Shown piece by piece: positions 29,210 to 42,062 of a stretch of 64,000 nucleotides of DNA (position 1 is its first letter; the number at the start of each line of letters is the position of its first letter). This DNA is from Octopus vulgaris (Eukaryota). The translations under genes were made by a program, and so were the position numbers. The notes under the pieces were generated by a model. That model was not told where the DNA came from. It did not search any database and saw only the letters and a list, made by a program, of their open reading frames with translations. The stretch spans positions 164,300,001-164,364,000 of the forward strand of contig OX597817.1 of NCBI GenBank assembly GCA_951406725.2, in the 5' to 3' direction.

Positions 29210-30038
29210 CGGGATTCTTTCGGTTTCCGTCAACCAAATCCACTCACAAGGCTTTGGTCGGCCCGATATCATAGTGGAAGACACTTGCCCAAGGTGCCGC
29301 GCAGTGGTTGAGAAGCAAGCTTCTTACCACACAGCCACGCCTGCGCCTATGTTATCTGAAGTTTTAAGTAAACATTGAGAACTTTTATCAAAATACTTCA
29401 GTAGATTCAACAAAATGCAGGAACGACTGGTATTAATTTTAAACTAGAATTTTTAAAAAATCAAATATGCTGTAGTTGTTTGGACCTAGATAATCTCGGA
29501 ACGAGCAAATCTATGATTTAAGGCATTCCATCCCTGACCACTCTGTCTCTCCTTTACAGTGTGTCCGTTTTTTAAATATAGCGGAGCATAATTCAAGACG
29601 ACTTAAACTTATTTCCTTTGAAGTAACCGATCCATAAAGAGAAAAATACATTTGCAGTAGACAGTAATTATATCAAATTCTCAATGCTCACCAAAAATAA
29701 TTATAATGGCTGATGGCTTTTGACACTGGTGGCTTCTATTATTATATTTCCAATCGTTCACATATTACAATCCATTCAAATTTAAACACCCCACCGCTAC
29801 CACTACCAACGCTGACTGCAAATATCTTAATTAATCAATCGCAATTGCCCCCAGATACGAAGTTAAATTATTTCACAGTAATGTGAGCACCCTCATTCAT
29901 TTTGATAAGTAGCTAAATATAACCATTACCAGCAACTTGATTGGGAAAATTTTACTACGAAGCTTTTAAAACACGAACTCGGATAAAAGAACTGAAATTA
30001 AAATAAGACGTTAAACTTGAAAAAAAAATCATTTCAAG

Positions 30039-30117
<79 letters not shown>

Positions 30118-30513
30118 GTGTTTTACTTGTTTTAGCCATTAGTCTAAAACCATGTTGGGACGCCGCCTTGAAGAAATTTTAGTCGAATGAATCGACCCCA
30201 GTACTTTATTTTTAAAAGCCTGGTACTTATTCTATCGTTCTCTTTTGGCAAATGCTAACTTATAGAGATGTAAACACACCAACATCGGTTGTCGAACGGT
30301 GAGGTGAGGCGACAAGCACACACACACACACACATAGGGTAAAGACCCACCCCCTTGGGTCATGAATGACATGCGATTACACATGTCCGGGCAAAGTTGT
30401 TTATGTAAGACCAGCAGTCGCCCATGCATACCAGTTTCTTTTCTCTACGCCACCAATGTTATCCAAGGGAAAGGTAATGGTCAATACAGATTAGCACCAG
30501 TGACGTCGCAAGT

Positions 30514-31178
30514 TTTGATCGGGTGAGGTTTAGGCTTAGTGCCTGTCCAACAGTGATTGCATCATCCATACTCTCAACAGTGCGCCTTTAAATATGGTCT
30601 CTGATTATAAATATCTTGGGTCATACATATCATCATCTGGAAAAGACTTTCTAACTAGAAAGGGTATGGCCTGGTCAGCCTGTAATGACATGCATAAGAT
30701 CTGGTCATCAAATCTAAGTAGAGACTTCAAACTTGAAATATTCAAAGCCACAGTCGAACCAATTCTACTATATGGCTCAGAAACCTGGACGTTATCAAAG
30801 AAGCTTGAGAGGCAGTTGGATGGAACCTACACTCGCCTCCTTACGAGAGCTCAAAATCTCTCGTGGAAGCGCCATCCAACCAAAATGCAAATATATGGGA
30901 GACTACCACCTGTGTCATCTCTTGTGAAAGGTAGGAGAGTCCAGTTTGCTGGACATTGTTGTAGAGCTGAAAAAGAAGTAATTTCTACTCTTCTCCTCTG
31001 GAAGCCATCTACTCGCAATACCAGAGGGCGCACACTCTCCTATCCTGATGTAATCTCCAGGGATACAGGCATCCAGCAACAGGACCTCCGTAATGCTATG
31101 ATGGACCGTGAAGTCTGGCGTAACATAGTAAATTCCATTGTCTCGACCACGGTCGAACAATGATGATGATGATGATGA
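30514..31178 (+). mobile_element. 5'-truncated RTE-clade LINE (RT C-terminus, ORF 30594-31163)
   Basis: YKYLGS and ILLYGSETWTL motifs, (GAT)n tail, perfect 13-bp TSD TGACGTCGCAAGT at 30501-30513 and 31179-31191. Confidence 0.92.
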
Positions 31179-31190
31179 TGACGTCGCAAG

Positions 31191-32140
31191 TAGGCCTCGA
31201 AACCGGTTTTATATTATGATCAGTAAAACCGAAACGGATTTGCCGAAACGGATTTAATGCTTGCTGTTTCATTTTTTTTTTTTTTCGCAAAACATTTCTC
31301 CATTTTTTTCTTTTGAAGAAATATCGTTGAAACTGAACTAACTGAACTATTGTCGGTCGATTTAAATTGAAATTGCTGTCTGTTTCATTGAAATATATCG
31401 CAACATATCAATTCTAACTTTCTCTCCCCTTGAACCTTAGATCAGCACCTTGTCATTTCCTTCGCTAACCCCTGGCTGACTCTTTGAATTTGGAGGTAGC
31501 AGAGTTTATTCATAGCAAGTCAAGGGGATGCTGTTTATCTTCAGTCAGGTGATCTTTCCGGTTGAGCATATGTAATAACCAGTTCCAGATTCATTTCAAG
31601 GAAGTAACACTAACTAAATTTTTTCTTAATTATTTTCATTAGCCCTAGCATGATAAAAAGAAAATCAACTGTTTGGAATTTTTTTAGCTAGGAAAAACAA
31701 AGATGAAGCTCAATGCAATAAGTGTGATAAGATCATGAAGTCTTCTGGGGGATCTACTACGTCTCTGATCTTGCACTTGAAGAAAATTCATCAAATCGAC
31801 ATAAATCAAGATGCAAACCAACCTCCTGTGAAAATGACAAGAACAATGGAACACTTTTTAAGAAATCAATGGAAGAAGTTTCAAAGTTAGCTGCTATGGA
31901 TGGATTCTCTTTCAATGCAATCGCCAAAAGCGATTTTATACAAAGAAATCTTCATAGTCAAAGTGGCAAATATGATAAATTACAACCAACATTTGCAAAC
32001 GGAGTCAGGAATATGGTAATGAATTATTATATAACCAAGAAAGAGTAACTTATTCATTATTTCGAAAAAGAAGTAGCGCTGGGGATTCGCTACTCATTGA
32101 TATTGGATGAATACACATCAATTTAAAATAAACGATGTTT
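31191..32140 (+). mobile_element. hAT transposon 5' relic with a BED zinc finger and first catalytic Asp
   Basis: From 31650: STVWNFF...AQCNKCDKIMKSSGGSTTSLILHLKKIH, then KLAAMDGFSFNAI and RYSLILDEYTS, broken by frameshifts and stops; subterminal CCGAAACGGATTT repeats. Confidence 0.75.
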
Positions 32141-32374
32141 AACCCCAGGATGGCCTTGGTTGAACGGGTTAATGATCAAAAACACTCCAGCTGTGATCAT
32201 CCCGTTTTTTCTACAAGCAGAGAATCCAAGACCTCATTATCAAATATGTTCCTTCTTAAGATGGCAGGGCGTAATTTGAAAGAGATTTACTCGCTATTTC
32301 TAGTAATTCGTGGGATCACATAAAGACTTTTCTTTAGCTTGATGCTGCAGTAATAGGGATGTTGAATATGCGTC

Positions 32375-32710
32375 TGGTGAAAGCGCATGGCTAAGTAGTT
32401 AGAGCGTCGGGCTCACAATCATGAAATAGTGAGTTCAATTCCCGGACTGGGCTGTGTGTTGTGTTCTTGAGCAATATACTTTATTTTCACTTTGCTCCAG
32501 TTCACTCAGCTGTAGAAATGAGTTGCGACGTCACTGGTACCCAAGCTGTATTAGCCTTTGCCTTTTCCTTGGAAGACATCGGTGGCGTGGAGAAGGGAGA
32601 CTGGTATGCATGGGTGACTGCTGGTCTTCCATAAACAATATTGCCCTTGGGGAAAAACTTTCTAGGTGCAATCCCATCGTCATTCGTGACCGAAGAGGAG
32701 TTTTTACTTT
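32375..32710 (+). mobile_element. tRNA-derived SINE family 4; partial reversed copy at about 30335-30513
   Basis: Head TGGCTAAGTAGTTAGAGC...GAGTTCAATTCCC followed by a body shared with 30335-30513. Confidence 0.75.
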
Positions 32711-32722
32711 TTTATGTGTCTA

Positions 32723-33412
32723 CAATGGCGGCTTGTGTATAGGAACTGCGGGACTGTAGCACCCCTTATTTCCACTCGATATTATCGATAACATAATGAG
32801 TCCTTTTTTCTTTAATTCTTTCTTCATACTTGTACATTATATGATCCTTAAGCTTAATGTCAGTAGCCATCCCCTACTCTATGAAAAAAATACAAAAATC
32901 CTTGTAGAGAACTGTGCGCTTCACAGTTCCAGCGACGCGGTGTTTGGCTGTTGTGCGCATGCTCACATGTCTGAGATAGGAAGCTTCACGCTAGAGAGAG
33001 AGAGAGAGAGCACTATCATTCACGCAGTGCCGGTGAAAGGTAGTGTTTCTTTTTGACTCCGCGTGTGTTGTGCTTAAAAACGTGTTTATATTTTTGAATG
33101 TGATAAAGTGTAGAATTAGATTATTATCCTGCTTCTAGCTTCAGTGGTGCTGCCAGGATTTGGAAAATAGGGCACCCCCTCCCCGCCCTATTTTGTGATA
33201 TGGGGAAGATTTTTGAAAAACAAGGAGGAATTAGCGGCGGTGTTCAGTGAACAAATTAAACACACTACCCGGCAGTGGCTAAAACGCGAACCGATCAAGT
33301 TTATGTATAAATTTTCTTTTTGTATGTTTGTTTCCTTTAACACAATATTAAAACAAGGATAAAAATTTTCTGAAGCAGTACACCAACTAATTTTATCTAC
33401 GAGCCGCCACTG
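32723..33412. mobile_element. Non-autonomous hAT-type element
   Basis: TIRs CAATGGCGGCTTGT / ACGAGCCGCCACTG and perfect 8-bp TSD TGTGTCTA. Confidence 0.8.
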
Positions 33413-33913
33413 TGTGTCTAGGTGTTTAAAGGTGGTGTTTCACGTCGTAGGGTTGAAGCTGCCATCGTAACAGACTATGTCCTTCGTATATCCAGTGGTC
33501 TTTTATTTCTCGTAATTTTGTTTCGTTGTGTAAGTAGTCTCCAAGAGTGATCTATGTATGCAGTTCAGTGTTTTGAATTCTTTGTAATTTATTGTGGTTT
33601 GTTGCAGAAAGAGTGAGAACTAGCAGAGTCTATGAAGAATCTAATTCTTTATTATTTGTACATCATCAAGGCGGCGAGCTTGCAGAATCTTTTGCACGCA
33701 AGACTAATGCTTACTAGCATTTCGTCCATCTGTATGTTCCGAGTTCAAATTCCGCCGAGATCGACATTGACTTTCATCCTTTCGAGGGAGGATGAAATAA
33801 GTACTAGTTGAACGCTGGGATCGATGTAATCGAATAGCTCCTTCCCTAAAATTTCTGGCCTTGTACCAATGGTAGAAAGGAGTATTTTGTACACCATTAT
33901 TGTTATTTCTTTC

Positions 33914-34537
33914 GGATCTTTTCGGTTTGAACGGCAGATTTTTTTTAATAATTTCCATGTAATTAAAAATTTTTTAAATTCTTATACTGGTAGAATGTGT
34001 TCATAAAACATCTTTTTCCCTTGGCTTTTTTGAGAAAATTCAGTAGTTTGTAAGATATTTGTAAGATATTTTCTTCAATTTCTGCAATTTCAACCAATCA
34101 ATGACGTCTATTGAGCTGAAACGATTTCTGCCGTAGAGTGTAAACAACATTTTCTGGCAGTGTCATATGAAAATGTCACCCATAATTATGACCCTAGTAT
34201 CGATCTGTTGCATTTGAATCCGTTTTAGTGTTAGGGTTAGAGTTAGGGTTAGTAGGGGTAGTTAGGGGTGGGGGAAGGGTATGTTTTTTTCATGACACCG
34301 CCAGAAAATGTTTATGGCAGAGAATGTTTTCACTTCAATAGACGTCATTGATTGGTTGAAATTGCCGAAATTGAAGAAAATATCTTACCAATAACTTACA
34401 AACTACATAATTTTCTCAATAAAGCCAAGAGAAAAAGATGTTTTATAAACACATTCTACCAGTATACGAAGTTTAAAAGTGTTTAAAAGTTACATGGAAA
34501 TTATTTTTAAAATCTGCCGTTCAAACTGAAAAGATCC
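33914..34537. mobile_element. GGATC-ended foldback element with a TTAGGG-like core (copy A; possibly Merlin-like)
   Basis: Inverted arms over 200 bp, termini GGATCTTTTC/GAAAAGATCC, 8-bp TSD TTTCTTTC. Confidence 0.85.
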
Positions 34538-35430
34538 TTTCTTTCTGTTAATAAATGTGATACCTGTGAATTGCCTAAAATATATTTGTGAATCTTTTTG
34601 CTTTCTTTACTATGCTTTATATAAAGGTTGTGGAGGCGTTGTATGTAATTTCTATTGTTTTTATCTTCTGTGCATGATGTTTATGTTGAGTGTGACTGAT
34701 GTTCTATGGTGCTGCTAGTAAGAAGGAAGACAGTAGATTAATGGGTGCTGCGGAGCCAATTATCTTGCTGATTTAAGTAAGGTTGAAGTAGTGCAGCAGT
34801 GTTTGTAGAAAGGTGTGGGCGAGAGGACAGATTCGTTTACCCGATTCGAAAAATTGCATGTTCTAGAAGTGTTGTTCTTGTACAGGTTTAGAGGCATGAG
34901 TAGTAATTGTTTGTTAATGTTTTGTAATGTTTCTTAAGATGATGTTATGTACTTTTTGTTTGAATGGATAACAAGAAATAAAGTCAAAATCTTTACTGAT
35001 GTCGATAATAGTTAGAATAGCAGGTTTGAGAGGGCTTTTTTTTTTCTTTTTCTTGTTGAAATCTTTGTGTATTCCTTGTTAGGCTTGTGAGTAGTGTGAC
35101 GGTAGAGACTAGTTGTCTGAATTCATATTGGTTTCAATTTCGAGCGCAAGTGCGTGAGAGGAAGTAAGTCGATTACATCGACCCCAGTTCTCAACTGGTA
35201 CTTATTTTATTGATCCAAAAAAAATGAAGGGCAAAGTTGAAATCGGTTGAATTTGAACTCAGAATGTAAAGACGGATAAAATTCCGCCAAGCATTTTGCC
35301 TGCCGTCCTAAGGATTCTGCCAGGTCGCTGCCTTAGTTTAAATTCATATTGAGATCTGGAGAAAAGGGTATGAGGATTAGTAATGTTAAAGATTAACTTT
35401 TCTAGGATTTTTTAGGGTGTGCATGGAAGG

Positions 35431-35594
35431 CACTAGTGTAGCTAGGAGGGAGTAAGTGCGGTCCGCTGCCAGCGGCACTTTTAATGGGGCGGTTCTTTTG
35501 GATCTGCTGTAGGCAATATGTGTTTTTGGGGGGGTTCCGGAGGCGGCGATCGGAAGGGCCGCCCCGGGCGGCACACACTCTAGCTACGCTAGTG
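35431..35594. mobile_element. hAT-type MITE, GC-rich; a decayed relative lies at about 63110-63283
   Basis: TIRs CACTAGTGTAGCTAG / CTAGCTACGCTAGTG; 8-bp TSD ATGGAAGG/ATTGAAGG. Confidence 0.78.
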
Positions 35595-36739
35595 ATTGAA
35601 GGATGATGGTCTGTATGTGTTACTTCATCTGGCTTTTGTTAGATTTTAGAATTGTTATAATAGTGACCAGTTCCAAAATTCTAGGAATTTGACCATGTTG
35701 TTACAAGTAGTTTCTGGATATTGATGAGTGATTCCTTCAAGCCCAATGTTTCCGGTAGTTTTTGAGGGGTTTGTCTGGCCTTGAGGCATAACTGTCCATA
35801 TCTCTTCTAATTTATACTGTAATATCTTTATTCTTAACTTAATGCGGACGTGAATAACTGACAAGTTCAATAAATTCTGTGTCAGAAGAATTATGAAACT
35901 AACGGTTCAGGCCCTAGTTTTTCACCTGAAAGTCGCAAGAGAGAAGGTGCTGCTATTGCTTTGGCAGAAGGATAAAAATGAAGATGGGATTCGAAATTGA
36001 TGTGGCGAATGAGGAGGTCAGATCGCAAGAGAGGTGGTACAAGAGGGTTAGAAATCTAAGGTACAAGGTTGAAGAAAGTGAGAAAGCTAAAATTAAAGCA
36101 GGATATTGAAAGTGTCAAAGCCTCTGAAACGACAGAAGTAAGAGGTGGCATTTAAGACAAGAGGATACGGGAATTACACACCCTGAAAACTATTTTTAAA
36201 TATTAAAAAAAAAAACATTCATATAACATTTTATTTACAAAGGAGAATGATCTGGAAAGTGAGGAGAAACGCAAGAAAGACAAGGTATCAGAGTGGTGCG
36301 AGAGGAACAGATTGGGCTCAGTAACTCTGACAGTTTCACGGATCTCAACCAGTGTCCATCCTACTAGACGTCTGTCCCGAAATAATTCATGATCTTGGAT
36401 CTATTTACCAATTGGTGGAGCAATGATCTTAACCGTTTCGATTTTCTGGAGCATTTAAGACGCCTTTACGTCTCTCGGACGGAACCTGTGCACTCCGCTG
36501 CTTCCGATACAGATATGCTTTAGTAGTCAAACTGGTCCACAAGGATAATGGTATGATAGCCTGACCTCTACAAAAACGAAGCAATTCGGTGGCTCCTCAC
36601 GCCCGTATTCGAATGGAAATTGCTCTCCGATCACACAGATTTCAACCAACAGCACGTTCCCCATCATATGCCTACTCATCACCTCCTCTACTTTCCCTCC
36701 CACAGCCACCAGTTTCACCCATAGTACATTACTCCACTG

Positions 36740-37680
36740 GCTATTTCTCCAAAACCCAAACACCAATTTTCATTGTGGCAACATCGTCTCCGAATGTAGC
36801 TGTCTCGACTAGCTGCCCTCTAACTTGGATGCAGCCTTTCCATCATACATCCATGACATCAACTACACCCGTCATCTCTTCAACTCCTTTTTTTCTCTTT
36901 AACTCCTCCTAGCTCCTTTTCACTAAAGATATTAAGGCCCTCTTTCTGTAGAGGGACTGGATCGACCTCAGAGCTACGCGGTTATTATATTTAAGATTGC
37001 ATCGATGTCACCTCCTTTACCCATGAACAGCTCAACGTCATCGCTTTCGTCAACTCTTTCTATCCTGACCTGCGTATCACAAACACCATTTCTCTAACTT
37101 TATTCACTTTTTGAACATCTCTGTTTCTATTGATTACCCCAGTCTCCAAACCTTCGTCTTTCACAAATATATCGACTCTCACATTTACTTCAACTTCAAC
37201 TCACCCTACTCAATTCACACCAAATCTGGAATCGCTTTCATTTCCACCTCCTTCGCTGCCTTTGTAGCCGAAACTCCGTCTTTGATACTCAATCGAACCT
37301 CGTAGTCCACTACTTTACGCAATGTGGTTACTCCCAAGCAACTGTTGACGCAGCCCGCCGAAGATGCTGTGCTACTAAGACCCTTCCACCCTGTTGCATC
37401 ACATTCGCTCCACTTTCTCTTTCCCTTACACACCATCCGACCACCTTATCTCTCCAGCACACCCTCGTACGAAAATTTCGTTTCGTCTTCTATTGTCCAG
37501 TTACTCCTCCCTCCTTTTTTCAAATATCATCGTAATCTGCGCAACCTTCTAGTTTTTAGATCCTTTATCCCTTACCACACTAATCCTGGATCCTTTCTCG
37601 CTGCCGTTCTCGCAGCAAACCCTGTCTTTTAATCTAGAGCACAGCCACACTACATGGACTTAACTTATTCTTCCAACCAA
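36740..37680 (+). mobile_element. Degenerate Penelope-like retroelement RT fragment
   Basis: Broken peptides resembling YIDDCI, FVNSFHPxLxFT, FLDISV and KxxDSHxYLNFNSxHxxHTK, typical of the PLE RT C-terminal region; many lesions. Confidence 0.65.
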
Positions 37681-38574
37681 TTTATCTCTACCATCAAAAT
37701 CATTATTTATACAAGTAACATATGGTGTATTCAGTCATGAGAAAGCAGATACAATGCGTGCATCAATAGCTCAAAGTTTTAGAGTACTTCGCTAGAAAAA
37801 AAAAACAAAAAAACATCGGAGTCGTAAAATGTAATATTAGCAAAAACATTACAATAGGAAAAGATGCTTGTATTTCAATAATCATTTGATTTGATAATCG
37901 AAGAGCTCTGTAGAAAGTAAGTTGTTGGGAACTGAAGTGGTACCTGGCTCTTTCAGAGCCAGTTCTAGTGGTGAATATTTTGTTAAGTTCAGGACGTGCA
38001 TTCACTAGGAAACCCTTCTATGGATGATGATACCTAATATTTGTAGCAAACTTGAAGGTGTTAGTTTTGTTCATGTTTAGAAGGCTAAATCTCACTCAAA
38101 TCACACCCTACCGTCTTAAAAAAAAAGGGCATAATATAACTGAGTATAAAGACTGAATGGTCGTAGTTAGAAGGTATTTATTCATAGCTGAACTAGGATT
38201 TAAACAAAATACTCTATCATAAAATTGTCTAAACCAACAGTTCTCAACCGGGCTCCCAGGGTCGCATACGGTCTTCAAGCAGCCTTTTGGAAGCCCTCGA
38301 CAGTCTTCCCTCTATAAATATAATTTTTTCTTTAAATGACTTGTGTTTTACTTGTATTCCCTTCTGACTTTGTGCCCTCTCTTCGAAAAATTATTGGGAC
38401 TGTGCCTGCGCCTGTCGCAAAACGGATCATTAGTCAATCTACACTTCAATCACAGGCGCAAGCGTGACTATGTAGTAAGAAGTTTGTTTTTAAACCATAT
38501 GGTTCGGGGTATAGCCTCGAGCTGACAAAAATCTTGTGAGTAGATTTGGTAGATGGAAATTGTAAGAAGCTCGT

Positions 38575-38625
<51 letters not shown>

Positions 38626-39115
38626 CCACCACTTGCTAACCTGTGTAGGTTTGTTTACGCCCAAGTAATTCGGCGGTTCGGCGAAAGAAGTCGATAGTAT
38701 AGGTACCAGGCTTAATAGCAAGTAATGGGATCGATTCGTTTGACTAAAACCCTTCAAGGTGGTATCCCATCATGGTCGTAGACCAATAGCTGAAGCAAGT
38801 AAAAGGCAGAAGGTACCACAAGACAAACTACACACCTGTCACAAAAATCATTTTACTGACCGTTAAGTCTATATACAGACCCGTAATACCACGCAGATCT
38901 ACCGTTATTCTTTCTACCCAACCGCCACACCAAGCCAAAATTTGTCTATCCATCCACACACCTGTCATAACATCATGAAAGTGCTGTAGCACGAACTGCT
39001 AGAAACTGCAGCTAAATGTCCCTTAAATTACATCATCCAATCTTTAACAAAAAAAAAATGGAAAACAGAAAAGGTATAACGGACACATTGGATTATGTGG
39101 TCCTAAATAAATTCA

Positions 39116-39162
<47 letters not shown>

Positions 39163-40171
39163 CGATCGATCGATTTAAACCTATTTCAGTTACTGGACAG
39201 GGAGCATGATGGAACACTACTTTGAAGTGTTTGTTTAATCGATTGAATTGATTTCAGAACTTATGTAAAGTCTGGTACTTATTCCATCGTTCTCTTTTGC
39301 CGAACTGCAAAGTTACTAGATACAAACAAAGCAACACTGGTCCTCAATCGGTGTAAGATAACTACACCCCACCCCAAATATACATGCATGTATGTGAATA
39401 TATATAAATGTGTATGTATATGTATGTAGATGTATGTACGTATGCATGCATGTATATGTGTGTCTATATAAAATATACATATAAATATATATATATACAT
39501 ATATAAAATATACGTAATATATAAATGAGGATAAATACACATATATAAGTATACATAAATACCCACAAACATACGTACTCGCACGCACATATTCTTTAAT
39601 TCTTTTACTTGTTTCAGTCATTAGACTACAGCCATGCTGGGGCACCACTTTGAAGAATGTTAGTCAAATAAATCGACCCCAGTACTTGTTATTTTTCAAG
39701 CCTGGTACTTATTCTATCGATCTTTTTAGCCAAACCGCTAAGTTACGGGGGATATAAACACACCACCTCTGGTTGTTAAGCGGTGGTGAGATACAAACAC
39801 AGACACAAAGACACACACACATAGGTATACGCATATACATATACACACACGACGGGCTTCTTTCAGTTTCAGTCTACCGTAGCCACAGACAAGGCTTTGG
39901 TCGGCCCGGAGCTATAAGAGAAGACACTTGCCCAAGGTGCCACGTAGTGGGACTGAATTCTACTAAATTCACTCTCACAAGGAATTGTTCGTCCCGAGGC
40001 TGTAGTAAATACACTTGCCCAAGGTGCTACATAGTGGAACTGAACCTGAAACCACGTGGTTGCGAAGCGAACTTCTTGACTACATAGCCATACCCGCGCC
40101 CATTGTATCGCAAAAGAAAATCGGAATGGTTACAACAAGAATTTATTAGTTGTAGATCTCTTAGATCTACA

Positions 40172-40625
40172 GGATCTTTTCGGTTTGAACGGCAGTTTTT
40201 TCTAGCGGTGTCATATGAAATTGTCACCCATAATTATGACCCTAGTATCGATCTATTGCATTTCAATCTGTTTTATGGTTAGAGTTAGTTAGGGTTAGTT
40301 AAGGTTAGTTAGGGTTAGGGTTAGGGGTGGAGCGAAGTGTATCTTTTTTCTTCATAAATGAAAATAAACCCAATTTGTTTCTTAAACGAGAAACATATTC
40401 ATACGGCACAGAATGTTTTCACCTCAATAGACGTCATTGATTGGTTGAAGTTGCAGAAATTGAAGAAGAAAAAACAACAAATATCTTACAAACTATAGAA
40501 TTTTCTCAATAAAGCCAAGAGAAAAAGATGTTTTATAAACACATTCTTCCAGTATACGAAGTTTAAAAGTGTTTAGTTACGTGGAAATTATTTTAAAAAA
40601 CTGCCGTTCAAAACCGAAAATATCC
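40172..40625 (+). mobile_element. GGATC-ended element with a TTAGGG-like core (copy B, one arm shortened)
   Basis: Same termini as copy A; TSD GATCTACA/GATCTGCA; TTAGGG repeats at about 40275-40328. Confidence 0.85.
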
Positions 40626-40927
40626 GATCTGCACACCTCTAGCAACAACATACTACTAACGACCAACTGACTAGCTTTCTCTTCAACACTTATGTCAGTA
40701 AGCAACATATCACAACATATATATATAGATTCCATCACAACAAAGAAACATTTATCAACTTAAAGCAGACGATACTTCTCTGAACTTCAAATCATTGCTG
40801 AAATAATTTTAAAATAGCATGAAAATAACATTCTTAAACAAAAAAAAAAAACATAGAAATGAACTAATTTGTTTTTGTGAAAATTTTCTAATCAAAATAT
40901 TGTTGGAGAAAAAATATTTATACTTAC

Positions 40928-40987
40928 TTTATAAGAGTCAGTAACAAGTAAAATATTGTCAGTGACACCATCTATGCATGCTGCCAT
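40928..40987 (-). CDS. NAMPT: NAMPT coding exon 1 (MAACIDGVTDNILLVTDSYK)
   Basis: ATG in AAAATGG context, 20 codons ending in the NAMPT N-terminal motif NILLxTDSYK, then donor GTAAGT (phase 0). Not in the ORF track because it is short. Confidence 0.93.
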
Positions 40988-41090
40988 TTTGAGTGAATCT
41001 GGTCAGTGAACGTTTGCGCATGTGCACACAGAATCGTCTGCTTTTCAGGGAAAGTTTATCTACGGATGTAAATCCGAACCATAATACGTA
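40979..41090 (-). promoter_or_regulatory. Probable NAMPT proximal promoter/5'UTR with an NRF1-like site and a YY1-like site over the start codon
   Basis: TGCGCATGTGCA at 41015-41026 (11/12 to the NRF1 palindrome TGCGCATGCGCA); CAAAATGGCAGC on the minus strand overlapping the ATG; CpGs retained locally. TSS not determinable. Confidence 0.55.
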
Positions 41091-41651
41091 TTGTTTTTAG
41101 GGCCAGTAGTTTTTTTTTTTTTTTTTTTTTTTTTTTTGTTTCTATGAAAAGAAATACTAACCATAACTCGACTTGACTGAACTCGTTCAAGCGTGAAGGT
41201 TGGGAAAGACATGATCGGTTGGCAAGTGGCCAGCATCTGCTTAACTAGGGAAATGAACAATTGACATTCATTATTGATGGAAACCTGTCTTGTTGTGTAG
41301 AAAAGTTATATTTAGAAACAATGATCATACTAACACTTTCAAATAAATCTGTTTAAAGGATGTATAAAGTAATATTAAAAAGAAATTAGTTTTGCTCCAT
41401 AAGCGACAATATTGATATCTTTATTAATTATTTTCAGCGTTTTTTTTTATTTCTTTTATTATTTTTACCATAGAGAGATGTTGTTGCTAATGTTGTTGTT
41501 GTTGCTTTATTAGCTCCAAATCAGTTTTCACTTAACACACGTAATATTTAAATATCTTTGGCGTTTTTTTGTTTTTGTTTTTGTTTTTTTTTTGTCACTT
41601 AGAAACAAAATCCTTATTTCAAAGTAATTTCCGAGTAAAAAGGGAAATTTA

Positions 41652-42062
41652 GGATTTTTTCGGTTTGAATGACAGTTTTTAACATAATTTCTAGGTAACT
41701 AAAAAATTTTAAACTTCGTATACAGGTAGAATGTGTTTATAAAACAGCTTTTTCTCTTGGCTTTATTGAGAAAATTCTATAGTTTGTAAGATATTTGGTC
41801 TTTAATTTCTTGCATTTCGGCAATTTCAACCAATCAATGACCGTCTATTCTGTGCCGTATGAATATGTCCCTCATTTAAGAAACAGAGTTGTTTATTTAC
41901 ATTTGTGAAGAAAAAAAGATACCCTCCCCCCACCTCTAACCCTAACCAACCCTAACCCTAAAATAGATTGAAATGCAATAGATCGATACTAGGGTTATAA
42001 TTATGGGTGACAATTTCATATGATACCGCTAGAAAAAACTGCCGTTCAAACCGAAAAGATCC
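41652..42062 (-). mobile_element. GGATC-ended element with a CCCTAA core (copy C, inverted relative to B)
   Basis: Perfect 8-bp TSD GAAATTTA; reverse complement closely matches copy B. Confidence 0.85.

Noticed and set aside
32375-32452. tRNA-like sequences (also near 43480-43553, 50838-50910 and 54822-54894)
   Set aside because: They are SINE heads continuing into repeat bodies, some with tails and TSDs; no complete cloverleaf.
32950-32970. NRF1-like TGTGCGCATGCTCA with nearby CpGs
   Set aside because: Lies inside the hAT-type element 32723-33412, so it is not evidence of a host promoter.
40053-40058. CACGTG E-box near exon 1
   Set aside because: Single hexamer inside a SINE head; expected by chance.
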